The notes under the pieces were generated by a model. The model was given only the letters and a program-made list of their open reading frames with translations. It was not told where the DNA came from and searched no databases. A program made the translations under genes and the position numbers. Shown one piece after another: positions 62,401 through 62,938 of a DNA stretch of 62,938 bases; position 1 is the stretch's first letter; each line of letters starts with the position of its first letter. The stretch comes from Alphaproteobacteria bacterium (GTDB lineage: Bacteria; Pseudomonadota; Alphaproteobacteria; Rickettsiales; Rickettsiaceae), in contig JAHDGL010000001.1 in assembly GCA_020627625.1 (NCBI GenBank), positions 1-62,938 of the forward strand, read 5' to 3'.

Positions 62401-62938
62401 TCTTTCTGAAAAGTTGCTATTTCTTGATTTAAACTTTTTACCTCTATATTTTTTGCAGACAACTCGATTTCACTATTCTTCCTATTCATCGCCTCAAACT
62501 TGTTCAAAAGCTTTTTTATCTTTTGTTCGTAAGAATTTTTAACTTCTTCTAACTTATTTTCATAACTCTTCTTACTCATCTTCTCGAGAGTTTTTAAGTC
62601 TTCTATCTTTTGTTGTAACTCTAATATCTTCTTTTTTAAATACGCCTCTTGCGATTCTATTGCTAGCGGTTCAGTTGGTAATATTTTTTTATGTTCCTCG
62701 TTCTTTATCTCCTCTGACGGTACGTTGTTCTTTTCGTACTTTTCTACGTTGCTTTTATTTAACGCATCATATGGATCTGGTTTCTGTTGCTTCTTTTGAT
62801 TAAGCTTAGTTTCTAGATTCTCTCGCTCAGTCAATTCATTATATTCTGGTATATCATTTAGTAATGTTCTTTTATGTTCCTCCTTCTTTATCTCCTCTGA
62901 CGGTACGTTGTTCTTTTCGTACTTTTCTACGTTGCTTT
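59478..62938 (-). CDS. Large Q/E/K/N-rich coiled-coil protein, 5'-truncated by the window (>1150 aa)
   Basis: The frame stays open upstream of the listed TTG start (62834) to the window edge. It has long heptad-like tracts and an internal direct repeat. Confidence 0.88.
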   Translation of the reverse strand, partial: SNVEKYEKNNVPSEEIKKEEHKRTLLNDIPEYNELTERENLETKLNQKKQQKPDPYDALNKSNVEKYEKNNVPSEEIKNEEHKKILPTEPLAIESQEAYLKKKILELQQKIEDLKTLEKMSKKSYENKLEEVKNSYEQKIKKLLNKFEAMNRKNSEIELSAKNIEVKSLNQEIATFQKEVERLKKRIEEQNVELEQNNKKPELIIEGTHNFTQNKDNKRTQRDIQETLRVEQDKTPKKLSIGDNNGQLLQQSSDNSIETVENYLDSVEKMTLIRDLQEQIEEQNQKIQGLKNQKDEQQEQIKTLREDNQKSQEQYNELQQTQEKIKKEQAINETKLVDLEKQLNETREKNQQQQAEIKGLKEKLEKRDQQIQGLEKQEQFLEGGVKELQEKLDFSEKNLENVENHYEKLLSDQNQKIENLERQNQKQKPHQTQELTQDQVNEQIKNIFQNIPKDNKNKNPNVPNNSKDFVPFELLDKYMQGKTNGQLTRELIDIINIAKISDANNKDLIKKPNVDNPVTIPELLVEYIKQNPVQGKFYASGVAFNCAEQMLRVLIVEKERPGSRIPQPNNIQKKQLKQAVGYNTQIDQKSLSDKDLKLKNLHDMIDGLDKNIQLPKPGKVGELSRQIEELKKQNQKQQEQLIQKNQQIQGLTGQLENLQNERISIKSQLEQLEKENNELKELQEKYNALGEQFNKVKNDLKKEQENYKALDGQALEFFRQVKQVEKLIYYAEEENKDLKDYIEIVEKGLEVKENHNVELSHENQELKEKLEKIQKIQEEQERFLKDKQRVTNLQEPKPRGVPKTPSKISSIKNIFNNPSNQTEPELTEQEIKIFNQKKNDSKDRIEDANKFHRKKQYKPEIPNNIKNVINEIIQKKQVAESQRNNQQKTSKQEKGVEEFYNNLKNQAIINQENEQPPTKKQSGAKKKKLKKRKESSKKDKNPTRIEEITIDLNNVENNKNYMERLQSAFEKQTLSLKSYFEVQIKRLDQGDINEEISRKTLPQLRRVQNQYLKKLTTAKNQQIFQAEELYRGDKKPKIESLKKQERLINGFLRGQFKALSVLITKWNKQKDNTFELNSLNIIPKEEVNQQKNKVGKKNTSKKHDTTPEQTVKKMKKILQNQQNNNFNPTTQTQGQGNNPKTPGNQFPGKGLT
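62688..62938. repeat. Intragenic direct repeat with 183-bp spacing
   Basis: TTCTTTATCTCCTCTGACGGTACGTTGTTCTTTTCGTACTTTTCTACGTTGCTTT occurs at 62701 and 62884, within a duplicated SNVEKYEKNNVPSEEIKxEEHK. Confidence 0.9.

Overview
AT-rich chromosomal segment of an intracellular alphaproteobacterium. Gene content points to Rickettsiaceae, probably a lineage outside the pathogenic Rickettsia core such as a protist symbiont (inference from clpA, pgi and amgK-murU). Most of the window is housekeeping: rpsF-rpsR-rplI, msbA-yajC-secD, murD-ftsW-murG, frameshifted prfB, lepA-ldcA-hemC, grx-clpP-clpX-amgK-murU, clpA, glyQS-sua5, kdsB-cca-znuA, icd, trpS, sucAB, ffs-dnaX-ybaB-recR, pntAA/AB/B, ychF, bioY-pgi, prmC, a DEAD-box helicase and cspA, plus tRNA-Lys and tRNA-Ile2. 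Accessory content sits at the two ends. On the left are a tRNA-Ser 3' end preceded by a structured non-tRNA insert, a patatin-like phospholipase and about 1 kb of mobile-element debris. On the right is a >1150-aa repeat-containing coiled-coil protein that runs off the window. Intergenic spaces hold at least four small dispersed repeat families: an ~128-bp RPE-like palindrome, TATAG-ended MITE-like elements, a 25-bp mini-palindrome and IS982-like end relics. Two of these copies overlap gene stop codons. I found no CRISPR array, intact transposase, integrase or rRNA, and no clear multi-gene novel system. The best leads are the tRNA T-loop insert, the repeat families, a PhoB-like regulator with a dead receiver domain, the amino-sugar recycling genes and the two effector candidates.
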